The translations under genes and the position numbers were made by a program. Under the pieces are notes generated by a model. It had not been told where the DNA came from, did no database searches, and worked only from the letters and a program-made list of their open reading frames with translations. From Geobacter metallireducens GS-15 (GTDB lineage: Bacteria; Desulfobacterota; Desulfuromonadia; Geobacterales; Geobacteraceae), in assembly GCF_000012925.1 (NCBI RefSeq), contig NC_007517.1:3300001-3332000 (forward strand): 32,000 bases of DNA. The letters are read 5' to 3'. How positions within the stretch are numbered: position 1 is the first letter of the stretch; each line of letters begins with the position of its first letter. This document shows positions 1 through 8,844 of this stretch, piece by piece.

Positions 1-153
1 CAGCAGGACGACCCGCGTCACCTTTTTCAGGATATTGGAAAGTGTGTTGGGAAGGGAGTCGGTGACCGTGACCGAATACCCTTCCTTTATGAAGTGTTCC
101 GCCATCTGCTGGCGGGTGGCCGGATCCTTTTCGGCGATGAGCAGTTCTTCCAT
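1..153 (-). CDS. Receiver-like (REC fold) protein, 5' part only (gene runs off the window start); paralog of 14305..14697
   Basis: Absent from the ORF track because it is truncated. Minus-strand ATG at 153..151 with an AGGGGGA Shine-Dalgarno (SD) sequence about 7 nt upstream. Translates MEELLIAEKDPATRQQMAEHFIKEGYSVTVTDSLPNTLSNILKKVTRVVLL, which is 26/51 identical by hand alignment to the N-terminus of the 14305..14697 product. It sits in the same position, downstream of a small-protein paralog. Confidence 0.75.
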   Translation of the reverse strand, partial: MEELLIAEKDPATRQQMAEHFIKEGYSVTVTDSLPNTLSNILKKVTRVVLL

Positions 154-211
154 GACGGTTCCCCCTTTCCGCACAGGGATGCGGGATTGCGGCCAGCAGC
201 CTTTCTGCCGG

Positions 212-427
212 TCAGTTGCGGGATTCGGCATCCTTGCCAGAGAAGAGCCCCTTGAGCATCGAGCCGAACAGCGTCAGGCCGGGCAGCATTTGACCGACGA
301 TTATCAGCGCGCCGATGCCGATGAAGAGGATCAGAAAAAGGCCGCTTCCTTCGGACTCCGCTCCGCTGGCGGCGAATGCTGATGAGGCGGCAATCAGGGT
401 AATCATGGTGGCGAGCGTTGTTTTCAT
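212..427 (-). CDS. Small (71 aa) signal-peptide plus single-TM protein, copy 1 of a 3-member paralog family
   Basis: ORF with SD GGGAGGA 4 nt before the ATG; the SD-to-start region is nearly identical to copy 2. MKTTLATMITLIAASSAFA-ASGAESE, then a hydrophobic helix, then a conserved LPGLTLFGSMLKGLFS tail. Clear paralogs at 14034..14273 and 14747..14977. Confidence 0.8.
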   Translation of the reverse strand: MKTTLATMITLIAASSAFAASGAESEGSGLFLILFIGIGALIIVGQMLPGLTLFGSMLKGLFSGKDAESRN

Positions 428-483
428 GGCATCCTCCCGGTTCTGCGGATGAGATGAATTCGCTGGGTCTTGACTTTTTCTAT

Positions 484-499
484 AGCAGCCGCCATGCCA
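484..499 (-). promoter_or_regulatory. Sigma-54 (-24/-12) promoter candidate for the 427..1 module
   Basis: Minus strand reads TGGCAT-GGCGG-CTGCT (consensus TGGCAC-N5-TTGCA) with GG and GC at the correct 12-nt register. It gives a leader of about 45 nt to the ATG at 427, the same geometry as the promoter at 13964..13979. Confidence 0.65.
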
Positions 500-597
500 G
501 AACAGAAAACAGCGAGAACTATTCTCTTAACAACTTGAGATTATAGGTATTTTTACATTTTGCGACTGATCGGGATGTGCCATGAAGGGAGGGAAAC

Positions 598-614
598 GTA
601 TAGAAAGTATGTAC
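598..614 (-). promoter_or_regulatory. Candidate enhancer (UAS) site, imperfect inverted repeat GTATA-N7-TGTAC
   Basis: About 100 to 115 bp upstream of the -24 element at 499. It resembles GTATA-N7-TATAC at 13861..13877, which lies at a similar distance from the other sigma-54 promoter. Confidence 0.4.
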
Positions 615-700
615 AATTTCTAACCCGTTATGTCGGTTACCGACGATGGTTATCCCGCACAACTTGTTGATATCTATAGCTTTGCGCATCAACAGGATGG

Positions 701-708
701 GTGTATAA
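701..708 (-). promoter_or_regulatory. Distal TTATACAC motif (minus strand), candidate second UAS half-site
   Basis: GTGTATAA on the plus strand equals TTATACAC on the minus strand, about 205 bp upstream of the -24 element. The identical 8-mer occurs at 13769..13776 and 13872..13879 upstream of the paralogous promoter. Confidence 0.3.
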
Positions 709-965
709 AAAGATTGGCTCCCTTGTATCCCTGCATGTGACTCTAAGGTCTTGACGTCCCCATGCCTCTGAGGGTATCGTTGCTCTCCGCCTTGTCGGCA
801 GAAGCGGCATCACTCTTCAAGGATTACGCCTTGTTGCCGCAGGGACTCAAACTCGCGAAACGAAACTCTGGATATTTTCCCCGATCCATGTAAAATGAGC
901 ATCCTCTCATTGCCAACAGTATCGCCGGCACGATGAGATAAACCACACCATAAGGAGATCATTCC

Positions 966-1886
966 GTGTCATTTCGCACGAATTTCATGAATGGCGTGAA
1001 ACTCTCCCTGATCCTCGCCGGCCTCGCGGCCGTCAGCTCCCCGGCATTTGCCCTTGAGCAGCCTGCGGACAAGGGGACTGGATACCTGGCGGTCGAAGCA
1101 CGCGAAACGGCCCCGGAAAGCCGGGAGTTGGTTCAAATCTTTTCCCCGGCCATCAATCATCGCGAGGCGAAGGTGACTGCGGGAAAGGATGGAACACGGC
1201 TCCTCACCCTCACCACCGACTCCATCCTCAACGGAAGGGCGGTCCGCAAGTTCAACCAGAAACTTATTGAGAAAGGGATCAATGTCTACGGCGCCGCCTA
1301 TTACGGTGACTTCTCTTGGGACAGGACCGTCATCGACGCGGCCATCACCATGACCCGCCCGGTTGCGGGGGTGCCTGACACCATCGAGATTTCCGAGGGA
1401 ATCGCCCGGGATCCGAAAACCAACCTCCCCCTCATGCCCTTGACCGTTTCCATCTATGATCTCTCCATTCCGCTGAAGGAGGACTTCGGCAAGGCATGGA
1501 AGCGGGTCGAGATCATTCCCGCGGTGGAGCCCGCGGCTCCCGAACTGAAGACCGGCCGCTATCCCGGCTCCAGGGTGTGGCTCGTGCGCCAGAACGACGG
1601 GGAACGTCGCCATGTGATCTATGCCGTGAAAGGGGATCTGCACGCCGTGGAGCAGTTCTTCGACGCGAAGCTCAAGGAGATCCACCGGACCGTCATCGTG
1701 GCCGGTGACGCCGACAGCGCCCCTTCGCCGGCCGAGGTGTTCGGCGTCAAGACATCGGCCCAGGTCATCGTCCTCTCCGGGTACAGCTACATCGACAAAA
1801 AACTTGTCAATTCCGACGTAACCCTGCGCCACGCCAACGATCCGAACCTGTTCCCCTACGTGGAAATCGAGGTGGCGGAGAACTGA
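966..1886 (+). CDS. Secreted hypothetical protein (306 aa)
   Basis: GTG start with AGGAG 8 nt upstream. N-terminal signal peptide (LILAGLAAVSSPAFA-LE). I recognise no family. The mirror ORF on the other strand is rejected. Confidence 0.7.
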   Translation: MSFRTNFMNGVKLSLILAGLAAVSSPAFALEQPADKGTGYLAVEARETAPESRELVQIFSPAINHREAKVTAGKDGTRLLTLTTDSILNGRAVRKFNQKLIEKGINVYGAAYYGDFSWDRTVIDAAITMTRPVAGVPDTIEISEGIARDPKTNLPLMPLTVSIYDLSIPLKEDFGKAWKRVEIIPAVEPAAPELKTGRYPGSRVWLVRQNDGERRHVIYAVKGDLHAVEQFFDAKLKEIHRTVIVAGDADSAPSPAEVFGVKTSAQVIVLSGYSYIDKKLVNSDVTLRHANDPNLFPYVEIEVAEN

Positions 1887-1907
1887 TCCGCCACCCATTC
1901 ATTCCCT

Positions 1908-2675
1908 TCACCAGCTCCACGATGCGGGGTCCTGCCGGTAGTAGAGGCCCAGGACCTCGTACAGCTCCGGATGCTGCCGCCGCATTTCCCCGGGCATCTC
2001 GAAGAAGGTTTCAGTAGCCACCGCGAAAAATTCGGCCGGGCTCTCCGCCCCGTAGGGGTCCAGGAGGGTCCAGCGCCCCGCCTCGTCATCGGCCAGGAGC
2101 CGCTCAAACTCCCCCTCGAACACCTCCCGCCACCGGTCCTCCACAGGAAGCCCCGGCAGGAATCCCTCGTTGTCGGTAATCCCCTCCTCCTGATCCAGTT
2201 GATGGGCAAACTCGTGAAACACCACGTTGAAGGCATCGTCGGGGGCCTCGGCATCCAGGAGCACATCCTTCCAGGAAAGGACCACCGTCCCCTGCTCCCA
2301 TGATTCGCCGATGCGGGTTTCCGGCCCCTCGGTGACAACTCCGGCCTCGTCCCAGCGGCGGCGCTCCCCCACGTATTCGTCGGGATAGATGACGATGGAG
2401 GAGAGGAGCGGGTAATAGTCGGTTGCGCGGTGGAGAAGAAGGATACTGGCAAGGGCGGCGACGGTCACCCGCACCTCGTCGGTCACCTCGGCGCCGCCAC
2501 AACCCTCAAAGTGCTTTTCGGCCAGGAATATCTGCACGTGCCCCAGAAGCTCCTGCCGGTCCTCCGGCGGGAGCATCCGGTAAAAGGGGACGTTCCGCTC
2601 GATGATCCCGAGCCACGCGGAGGGAAACTCCCGACAGGCAAGCCGCTTTCGTCTCAGACGAGCGAAAAATCCCAT
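1908..2675 (-). CDS. mtfA: MtfA-type zinc metallopeptidase (peptidase M90 / DUF980 family)
   Basis: 255 aa with an HEFAHQLD zinc-binding motif and the typical MtfA N-terminal layout (W..I...VPFYR.L...E...L......FL.EK.FEG). Confidence 0.8.
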   Translation of the reverse strand: MGFFARLRRKRLACREFPSAWLGIIERNVPFYRMLPPEDRQELLGHVQIFLAEKHFEGCGGAEVTDEVRVTVAALASILLLHRATDYYPLLSSIVIYPDEYVGERRRWDEAGVVTEGPETRIGESWEQGTVVLSWKDVLLDAEAPDDAFNVVFHEFAHQLDQEEGITDNEGFLPGLPVEDRWREVFEGEFERLLADDEAGRWTLLDPYGAESPAEFFAVATETFFEMPGEMRRQHPELYEVLGLYYRQDPASWSW

Positions 2676-2745
2676 ACCCTGCTCCCTCGTGTCGGTGATG
2701 CGATGGTTCCGGCGCCATTATCTGAAGGGCACCGGGATAGTCTAC

Positions 2746-2777
2746 AAAAAAAGCGGCGCCCTTGCTGGAACGCCGCT
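2746..2777 (-). terminator. Rho-independent terminator after the GH13 gene
   Basis: AGCGGCG/CGCCGCT 7-bp stem (2752..2758 and 2771..2777). On the minus strand it is followed by a T7 run (A-run 2746..2752 on plus), immediately 3' of the stop at 2783. Confidence 0.6.
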
Positions 2778-2782
2778 TTATC

Positions 2783-5700
2783 TCACCCTGACCACTCTTC
2801 CTCCCGGGTCGCCGCAGTGGTCCGTAGGATGCCCTGCCGTGATTCCTCTTCCGGTCTGCCGGAAGATGGGGTCACAAGGGCAAGGAAAGCTTTAACCCGG
2901 TAACCGGCCTCTTCTGCCAGAGCCATCAGCGACGCACGCACTCCCATTAGTTCCGCCAGTTCTGTACCAAATCCACTGAGCGCTCTTCCAACGGGAGGTT
3001 GTGTCACCGCAGCAAAAAGAACGAGCCAGGAAAGGAGTTCCTCGAACGGTTCTTTGACAAACCACTCGACGACGCCGCTGCGGTTCACGCCGATGAACCG
3101 CCTGACCCGACGGTCGTCCATAAGGCGCTGGAGGGCTCCGGAACGCCCAGAACTTCCGAGAAGCCCGCCAAGGCTGGGATAGACCACGACGATATCCGCC
3201 AAAAGGGCTAGACGGTCAGGGTCCCCGTGGGGGGATTCGTCCCCTTCCTCGACGGCCTCGTGGATGAGGTCCGCCAGGGCACGCCTGAGGCCGAAGGTGC
3301 CAAACCATTGGACAGAGCGGGCAGGATACTCCGCGTCGTCGCCACCAAGCCGACCGGTCTCATGGAGGACAAGGAGCATCGCACAAAGCCATCGCGCGGT
3401 GAGGTCTGCCGGAAAGAGCGGCAGTTCTGTCGCAGGCTCTCCTTTTTCCAGAGACTTCCAGAGGCCGGGGAGGCGATCGAGGCGCTCCGTCACGGCGCCG
3501 GCCGTCGCGGCACGATCGCCGTCAACGCCGGCAACCGAAGCGAGTTCCTTAAGAAACGCCGCAAGGGCCGCCTGAAACGCTTTCGAACGTTCCAAAGACG
3601 TCTTCGGCGCTGCTTTTCCCCCAGCAAAGGGAGAGAGTCCCCGGAACCGTTCCACCAGGGATGCGTAACGGATAAGCTGCACCTCCTCGTCGATGCTCGG
3701 TACCCCTCGCCCCTCAAGCCCGAAGCAAAGCTTGCCCCAGGTGCCGTAGTCGTCGTCGCGGATCTCGCGGAAATCGAGGAAGGCGTGGTACTCGTAGGCT
3801 TCCAGCTCCACGAACAACCCCTTCTCGGCAATCTCCCTGCCATGGCGGATGTACTCCAGACCGGTGGCGTAATCCCTGAAGACGTAGTAGTGGCGGCCAT
3901 CGGCGTTCACCCCGAGGGCCGCCCCCAGGTCGGTCTGCCGCAGTACGGTCTCCCCCGAGTCGATCCGCACGAGACGGGACGTGGAGCTCCTGATCCACCC
4001 GGCGGTAGTGGCGAAGCGATTATGGTAGAGGACGAGCCCCCGGTCGTCGCCACGGCGGTTGGAGTAGGCGAAGACATCCTCGTTCACGGCTCCATCCACG
4101 AAGAAGTCGTAGAGGACGAAATTCTCCGAGCCCGAGAAGAGGCGCCGACGCCGCATGAGGGGAAAGATGCGCCGTTCATGCTCCGCCACCAGGTGTTCGT
4201 CCACTGGCTCGTCCCAGTAGGCCCGCCTGTACTCCATGCCGTATTTCTCGTGGAACCCTTCCACCTGGCCGTGGCCCAGCATGGGGAGCCCGGGCATGGT
4301 CACCAGGAGCACCGCCGCGCCGAAGTATTTGCTTTCCTTACCAAACTGCTCCACAGCGGTCTTTTCGTCGGGGTTGTTCATGAAGTTGACGAAGCGCTTG
4401 AGGATCTCGTGATTGAACTCCAGCACGTTCTTGATGGTCTGGCGGTACTTGGCGTTCTCCTCCATCTTGAGCATGTTCATGAAGGCGCTGTTGTAGACCC
4501 GGTGCATCCCCAGGGTCCGGACAAAGTACCCCTCCATGAGCCAGAAGGCCTCGGCCAGAAGGAGCGTGTCCGGCGTCTCCGCCGCGGCCCGGTCCACCAC
4601 CTGGCGCCAGAACTCCTCGGGCATGGCGGCGTCGAAGACGGCCCGGGTCAGGCCGCGCTCGGCCCTAGAGGGGACGCCGCTCCCCAGGCCCGGCTGGGGG
4701 AACCAGAGGCGCTGGTAGTGCTTCTTGGCCAGGGTCATGGCGGCATCGAAGCGGATGATGGGAAAGTTGTGGGCCACGTGGAGGATGGTCCGGGTAACCG
4801 CCTCCCGCACCTCGGGGTTCAGGTAGTCCAGCTGGGCCGTGTCGTTCCAGGGGGTGCTGGTGCCGTCGTTGCCGTGGTAGATGTAGCGGGTCCGGCCGTT
4901 GCGGTGGTCGTAGTGCTTGAAGACCACGGCGGCGTCGCTCTTGTCCCAGTAGCCATCCTCGATGTGGATGGAGACCTCGGGGGAGGAGGAGAGGTCGGGG
5001 CCGGTGAAGCGGTAGGTGGGGTACGGCGGGTAGTCCAGCTGCACGAACCAGTCGGGATGCTCCACGATCCACTTGGAGTAGATGCCGGTGTGGTTCGGCA
5101 CCATGTCGCTGGCAAGCCTGATGCCCCGCTTCAGGGCACGCTCCCGCAGGTCCGCCAGGGCCTCCCATCCTCCCAAGTCATGGGCGATAGTGTAGTCGTA
5201 GAGGGAGTAGGCGGACGCGATGGCCTCGGGGTTGCCGCACATCCGCTTGATGGTCTGGGAGGCGGGGGAACGCTCCCAGATGCCGATGAGCCACAGCCCC
5301 GTGACGCCCCAACGGGCGAGCTTGTCCAGCTCTTCATCGGGAATCTGGTCGAGACGGTGAATATCTTTCCCGTACCAGCCGGAGAGCTGGCCGAGCCAGA
5401 CATAGACCATCTTGGCCATGAGCACCACGTTGGGCATCCAGTCCACGTCGGCGGAGAACTGCTCGGGCTCGGGATAGTGGTCATCGGGGGCCGGGAACCC
5501 CGCGCCGGGGCCGAACTCCAGGACCGGCGCGGGGGCGCCACCGCCACCGCTCCAGAAGGGGCGCGTCTCCTCCTCCACGATGCCGAAGGCCACCTCCAAC
5601 TGGGCCAGAAGCTCATCAGGGAGTAAGGGGCTCCACGCATCCCGCATGTATGCCAGCTGACCCGCCAGGGATTCGGGGGCGGCCCGCAGCGGCGCCCGGA

Positions 5701-6328
5701 GAAGCTCCGTCAGCGACACGCCGAACCCGGCCACGGGGAGGGCATCGGCCAACGCCCTCTCCAGGCCGGTAACGGCAGCACGGTAGGGGGCCGTGGCGGC
5801 CAGTTCGGTGTCGTCCACCAGCTCCCTAAAGCTGTCCAGGGCGCTGTTCTCGGCGGCGAGGGAGAGGAGAAGGAGTTCTTCCACGGCCTGGAGCCGCTGA
5901 GAAGTCCCGCCAGCCGCAAGCCAGGCCGCGGGGGACTCGGCATCGCCATAGAGGAGCGCCGCCGGCGGAAAGAGGGTAGCGAACCGCTCCAGAAGAGCTG
6001 TCAGCTGCGGTGAGTCAAGGGGGAAACCGGCATCGGCCAGGGACTTCTCCAGCACCCCCGGAGCCTGTCCCTGTGCGTAGCGGGTGATCAGATGCCGGAA
6101 GATGGCCCCCTGGAGTGAGTAGAGATTGAGAACTCCTCCCTGAACCGGTCGACCCGCCCGCTCCGGCAGGCGGTTGAGCCGTGCCGCCAGCTCCCGGCAG
6201 AACAGGATGGGCGGCCTCCCCAGGCGCTCCAGCTCCCGGGCCGACGGCGCCAGATCCAGGGCACGCCAGAACCGGGCGGCAACCTGCAGATTGAAGGGGA
6301 AATACGTGGAGTTGCTGGTAATGGTCAC
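2783..6328 (-). CDS. Large (1181 aa) GH13 alpha-amylase-family protein with long N- and C-terminal extensions
   Basis: GH13 conserved regions read by eye: I DMVPNH, II IIRFDAAMTLAKKH, III LLLAEAFW, IV FMNNPDE. GTG start with an AGGGAG SD; the start overlaps the stop of the upstream gene (GTGA). Confidence 0.8.
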   Translation of the reverse strand: MTITSNSTYFPFNLQVAARFWRALDLAPSARELERLGRPPILFCRELAARLNRLPERAGRPVQGGVLNLYSLQGAIFRHLITRYAQGQAPGVLEKSLADAGFPLDSPQLTALLERFATLFPPAALLYGDAESPAAWLAAGGTSQRLQAVEELLLLSLAAENSALDSFRELVDDTELAATAPYRAAVTGLERALADALPVAGFGVSLTELLRAPLRAAPESLAGQLAYMRDAWSPLLPDELLAQLEVAFGIVEEETRPFWSGGGGAPAPVLEFGPGAGFPAPDDHYPEPEQFSADVDWMPNVVLMAKMVYVWLGQLSGWYGKDIHRLDQIPDEELDKLARWGVTGLWLIGIWERSPASQTIKRMCGNPEAIASAYSLYDYTIAHDLGGWEALADLRERALKRGIRLASDMVPNHTGIYSKWIVEHPDWFVQLDYPPYPTYRFTGPDLSSSPEVSIHIEDGYWDKSDAAVVFKHYDHRNGRTRYIYHGNDGTSTPWNDTAQLDYLNPEVREAVTRTILHVAHNFPIIRFDAAMTLAKKHYQRLWFPQPGLGSGVPSRAERGLTRAVFDAAMPEEFWRQVVDRAAAETPDTLLLAEAFWLMEGYFVRTLGMHRVYNSAFMNMLKMEENAKYRQTIKNVLEFNHEILKRFVNFMNNPDEKTAVEQFGKESKYFGAAVLLVTMPGLPMLGHGQVEGFHEKYGMEYRRAYWDEPVDEHLVAEHERRIFPLMRRRRLFSGSENFVLYDFFVDGAVNEDVFAYSNRRGDDRGLVLYHNRFATTAGWIRSSTSRLVRIDSGETVLRQTDLGAALGVNADGRHYYVFRDYATGLEYIRHGREIAEKGLFVELEAYEYHAFLDFREIRDDDYGTWGKLCFGLEGRGVPSIDEEVQLIRYASLVERFRGLSPFAGGKAAPKTSLERSKAFQAALAAFLKELASVAGVDGDRAATAGAVTERLDRLPGLWKSLEKGEPATELPLFPADLTARWLCAMLLVLHETGRLGGDDAEYPARSVQWFGTFGLRRALADLIHEAVEEGDESPHGDPDRLALLADIVVVYPSLGGLLGSSGRSGALQRLMDDRRVRRFIGVNRSGVVEWFVKEPFEELLSWLVLFAAVTQPPVGRALSGFGTELAELMGVRASLMALAEEAGYRVKAFLALVTPSSGRPEEESRQGILRTTAATREEEWSG

Positions 6329-6729
6329 TGTTTACTCCCTGCTGTTGATGTGCGCTCCACCTCGGCCAACGCCGCCTCGACCTCCTGGCGATCAAACCCT
6401 CTCACCACACGGTCACCGATCACGATAAGCGGGACAAGGGGCTCCTCGTCCGGAAACCGGCGGACATGAATATCGAGCATTTCCACCAGGGCGCTCCGGT
6501 CGGCCGCCACGTTGCGCTCGCGGACCGGTACCCCCCGGGCGGCTAAAAACTCCCGCGCCTCCTGGCAGAAGGAACAGCCGGTTCTGACATAGACGACCAC
6601 CTCGTGCCGGTTCTCCGCCGCCGCGCCCGAAGGTACCGGCGGGACCGCAGGTCGGGCGGGGGTGCATCCTGCCAGCAAGGCAACAGCCAGGACAACCGTG
6701 AGCAGCGCAACGATAATTCGCAGAATCAT
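6325..6729 (-). CDS. Glutaredoxin-fold lipoprotein (periplasmic thiol-disulfide protein)
   Basis: 134 aa with lipobox LLAGC after a hydrophobic leader, followed by VVVYVRTGCSFCQEAREFL..GVP, a glutaredoxin/NrdH-like CxxC core. Confidence 0.7.
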   Translation of the reverse strand: MILRIIVALLTVVLAVALLAGCTPARPAVPPVPSGAAAENRHEVVVYVRTGCSFCQEAREFLAARGVPVRERNVAADRSALVEMLDIHVRRFPDEEPLVPLIVIGDRVVRGFDRQEVEAALAEVERTSTAGSKQ

Positions 6730-6781
6730 GTACGTTTTCCTCGTCCGTGAAGAGTATACCGGAATTAACGGGAAGGACCCA

Positions 6782-8746
6782 TCAGAAATAGCGATTGACC
6801 ATCAGCAGGGCCTCGGCCCGGCTGCGGTCGAAGCTCCGCTCCCAGGATGCCGTAAGGCCGAGGCCAAGGGTACGGCTCAGGGCCAGATTCTGTTCCAGGG
6901 CCAACCGGTAGTATTCATGGTATTGGAGACCGTAGGCAAAGGCGCTCCCCGAGAGGGCTACCTTCCAGCAGTCGGCGGGGGAGACGATCACCCCGGCTGA
7001 CACTCCAGCCCCGAGCACCGCCTTGTCCCGCAGGCGATCGCTCAGGTTCAGGTCCAGTTCCGCCATGCCGTAGGCGACCCCGTTGCCCGGGACGGGCCAG
7101 GCCATGCCACCGCCGGTGTTGAGCCGCAAGAAGAGGCGATCGGCGCCGTCGGCAAAGGGTCGACGGAACAGGCCGCCGTTCACCTTCCAGGAAATGGGCT
7201 TGAAGAACTCGTCCCGGGGGGCCAGGGAGACGATATCCACCGCCGAGAACCTTTGGAGCCTGATGGAGTGCCGCTCCGGGTAGTAGCGGCCCACCGCCTC
7301 GGCGAAGATGATCTGGGAGTGGGGGCTGTATCCTTCATCGGCATCCATCAAGGCGTGGTACGCGGGACGAATGCTCGCCTCCACGAAGGGGGTGTCGTGG
7401 CGGTAGCCACCACCAAGCCCAATCCGGCCCGGCAGGTGCCCCGTTTCCGGCGCGGGAGGGACCGGAACCTCCCCCGCGTCCGATTCGTCGGGCCCCAGGG
7501 GACTGCGGACCTTGAGCACCTCCAGGAACTGCCGCTGGAACTCCGGCTGCTCCAGCTCCTTGCGTGAGTAGCGGTACTGCACGTATTCGGCGGCCAGATT
7601 GAGTATCTGGCGGCGCTCCTCCACCGGGCGGCTGGAAGCTGCAACCGCTTGTGCCCGCTGGGGCGAAAGGGCCGTCTGCAGGGCCTCATGGCGGGCATCC
7701 GGCGGCAGAAGCGATGCCCGGCGAAGGATGCGGGTCGCCTGGGCAGGGCGGTAGGCCTGTTTCTCGATGAGCCCCGCCCGGCCAATGACCGCAACCGTAT
7801 CGGCCGGCATCACCCAGAAGCTGGAGCGGTCCCAGAATTCTTCGGCAAGCCGCAGTTCAGGCCGAGCCGCCTCAAGAAGGAAGAGGAGATTGAAGGAACA
7901 GTTCTCGTCGAAGAAGTAGTAATCGGAGGCAATCCCCCGCAGCTCCCAGATGTGGAGCACCATCCGCCGAACCTCGTCGGGGGCGAGGGTGAGGGGATAC
8001 TCCCAGACGTCCCGATGCTCCAGGTCATTGTACTCCCTGACCTTCTCGTAGTAGGGAAGGATCGAGTAATACCCCGAGTACCCCCCGAAGATCCCCTTGA
8101 AGGCGTAGACAATGCCGTTGGTGTCGGTGGTGTGGGAGGCATAGTTGACCGCGTAGGAGAGAAGGTCGCTCCGGTAGGTGCTCCCAACCCGTAAAAGGGT
8201 GTGACCGAACATGGAGGCGGGGCCGTTGGGATGGGCCGCGGGGAAGACCAGCACCGCGGACCGGGGATTGACGGCCGCCAGGGCTTCGTCCAGCTGGGGG
8301 CAGGCCATGGGGGGGAGATGGCCGGCATCGATGGCCAGCTCTTCGGCGAGCCAGGCGGCGCGGGCCGGGAAACGGCAACGGGGGTGCTCGTCGCCGCTTG
8401 CCTCGGAGGAGAAGAGGCTCCGCAGGGTCGCCGACAGCTCCGCCTCAGGGTCGGTCTTCCCCTCGGGAGCGAGGAAAAAGCGGGGATCGTCCACCAGGCT
8501 TTCCCGCTCGTCGCCCCGGGGCCGGTAGTGGAGGAGCACCTCCCAGGCGCGCTCCCGGTGTAGCTGGCGCTCTGCAGCCCGATTCAGGAGTTCCGCCAGG
8601 TACGGATCGTCGGCCCCGGCGCAGACGCCGGCAAAAGCCGCCAGGTTTACGATCAACACCAGCAACCATATCAGCAGGGGATGTACCCCCATTGCATCGT
8701 AACTCTTCCGGAACGGGCAATAGAGCATGGGCATAGTCACAATCAT
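6782..8746 (-). CDS. DUF4105-like periplasmic domain protein with C-terminal beta-barrel-like region
   Basis: 654 aa. The signal peptide begins at the internal Met (MGVHPLLIWLLVLIVNLAAFAGVCAG), so the real start may be 8692. Contains an FGHTLLRVG motif typical of DUF4105. The C-terminal part has alternating hydrophobicity and ends ..NRYF, like outer-membrane proteins. Confidence 0.65.
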   Translation of the reverse strand: MIVTMPMLYCPFRKSYDAMGVHPLLIWLLVLIVNLAAFAGVCAGADDPYLAELLNRAAERQLHRERAWEVLLHYRPRGDERESLVDDPRFFLAPEGKTDPEAELSATLRSLFSSEASGDEHPRCRFPARAAWLAEELAIDAGHLPPMACPQLDEALAAVNPRSAVLVFPAAHPNGPASMFGHTLLRVGSTYRSDLLSYAVNYASHTTDTNGIVYAFKGIFGGYSGYYSILPYYEKVREYNDLEHRDVWEYPLTLAPDEVRRMVLHIWELRGIASDYYFFDENCSFNLLFLLEAARPELRLAEEFWDRSSFWVMPADTVAVIGRAGLIEKQAYRPAQATRILRRASLLPPDARHEALQTALSPQRAQAVAASSRPVEERRQILNLAAEYVQYRYSRKELEQPEFQRQFLEVLKVRSPLGPDESDAGEVPVPPAPETGHLPGRIGLGGGYRHDTPFVEASIRPAYHALMDADEGYSPHSQIIFAEAVGRYYPERHSIRLQRFSAVDIVSLAPRDEFFKPISWKVNGGLFRRPFADGADRLFLRLNTGGGMAWPVPGNGVAYGMAELDLNLSDRLRDKAVLGAGVSAGVIVSPADCWKVALSGSAFAYGLQYHEYYRLALEQNLALSRTLGLGLTASWERSFDRSRAEALLMVNRYF

Positions 8747-8786
8747 TGCAAAGGGCCGCGTCGCCGCCTGGGGGTGATAGCTTACA

Positions 8787-8818
8787 CAGAAAAGGGGCGC
8801 GCCACGGGACGCACCCCT
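8787..8818 (-). terminator. Terminator-like hairpin after the DUF3015-like gene
   Basis: AGGGGCGCG/CGCACCCCT stem (8 of 9 pairs), followed on the minus strand by TTTTCTGTG. Confidence 0.45.
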
Positions 8819-8844
8819 CAGTTGGACTGGTCACAATGGACTAG

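Noticed and set aside
35-382. 115-aa plus-strand ORF at the window start
   Set aside because: It is antisense to both the small-protein gene and the receiver-like gene, which are supported by paralogy and SD sequences.
720-965. Long leaders upstream of the 966 gene and of the cytochrome genes, checked for c-di-GMP/cGAMP (GEMM-type) riboswitches that are common in Geobacter
   Set aside because: I could not find the conserved GGCAAACC / GACGCAAAGC-type blocks or a convincing two-hairpin fold by eye. A covariance-model scan (Rfam RF01051) would be needed to exclude it formally.
969-1898. 309-aa minus-strand ORF mirroring the 966..1886 gene
   Set aside because: It is exactly antisense to an ORF that has an SD and a signal peptide. 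Its product is Gly/Arg/Asp-rich and low in complexity, with no SD. This is a typical long antisense frame in GC-rich DNA.
3227-5626. 799-aa plus-strand ORF (and smaller ones) inside the GH13 gene
   Set aside because: It is antisense to a frame carrying clear GH13 motifs. Its composition is biased toward Gly/Val/Pro/Arg and no family motif is visible.
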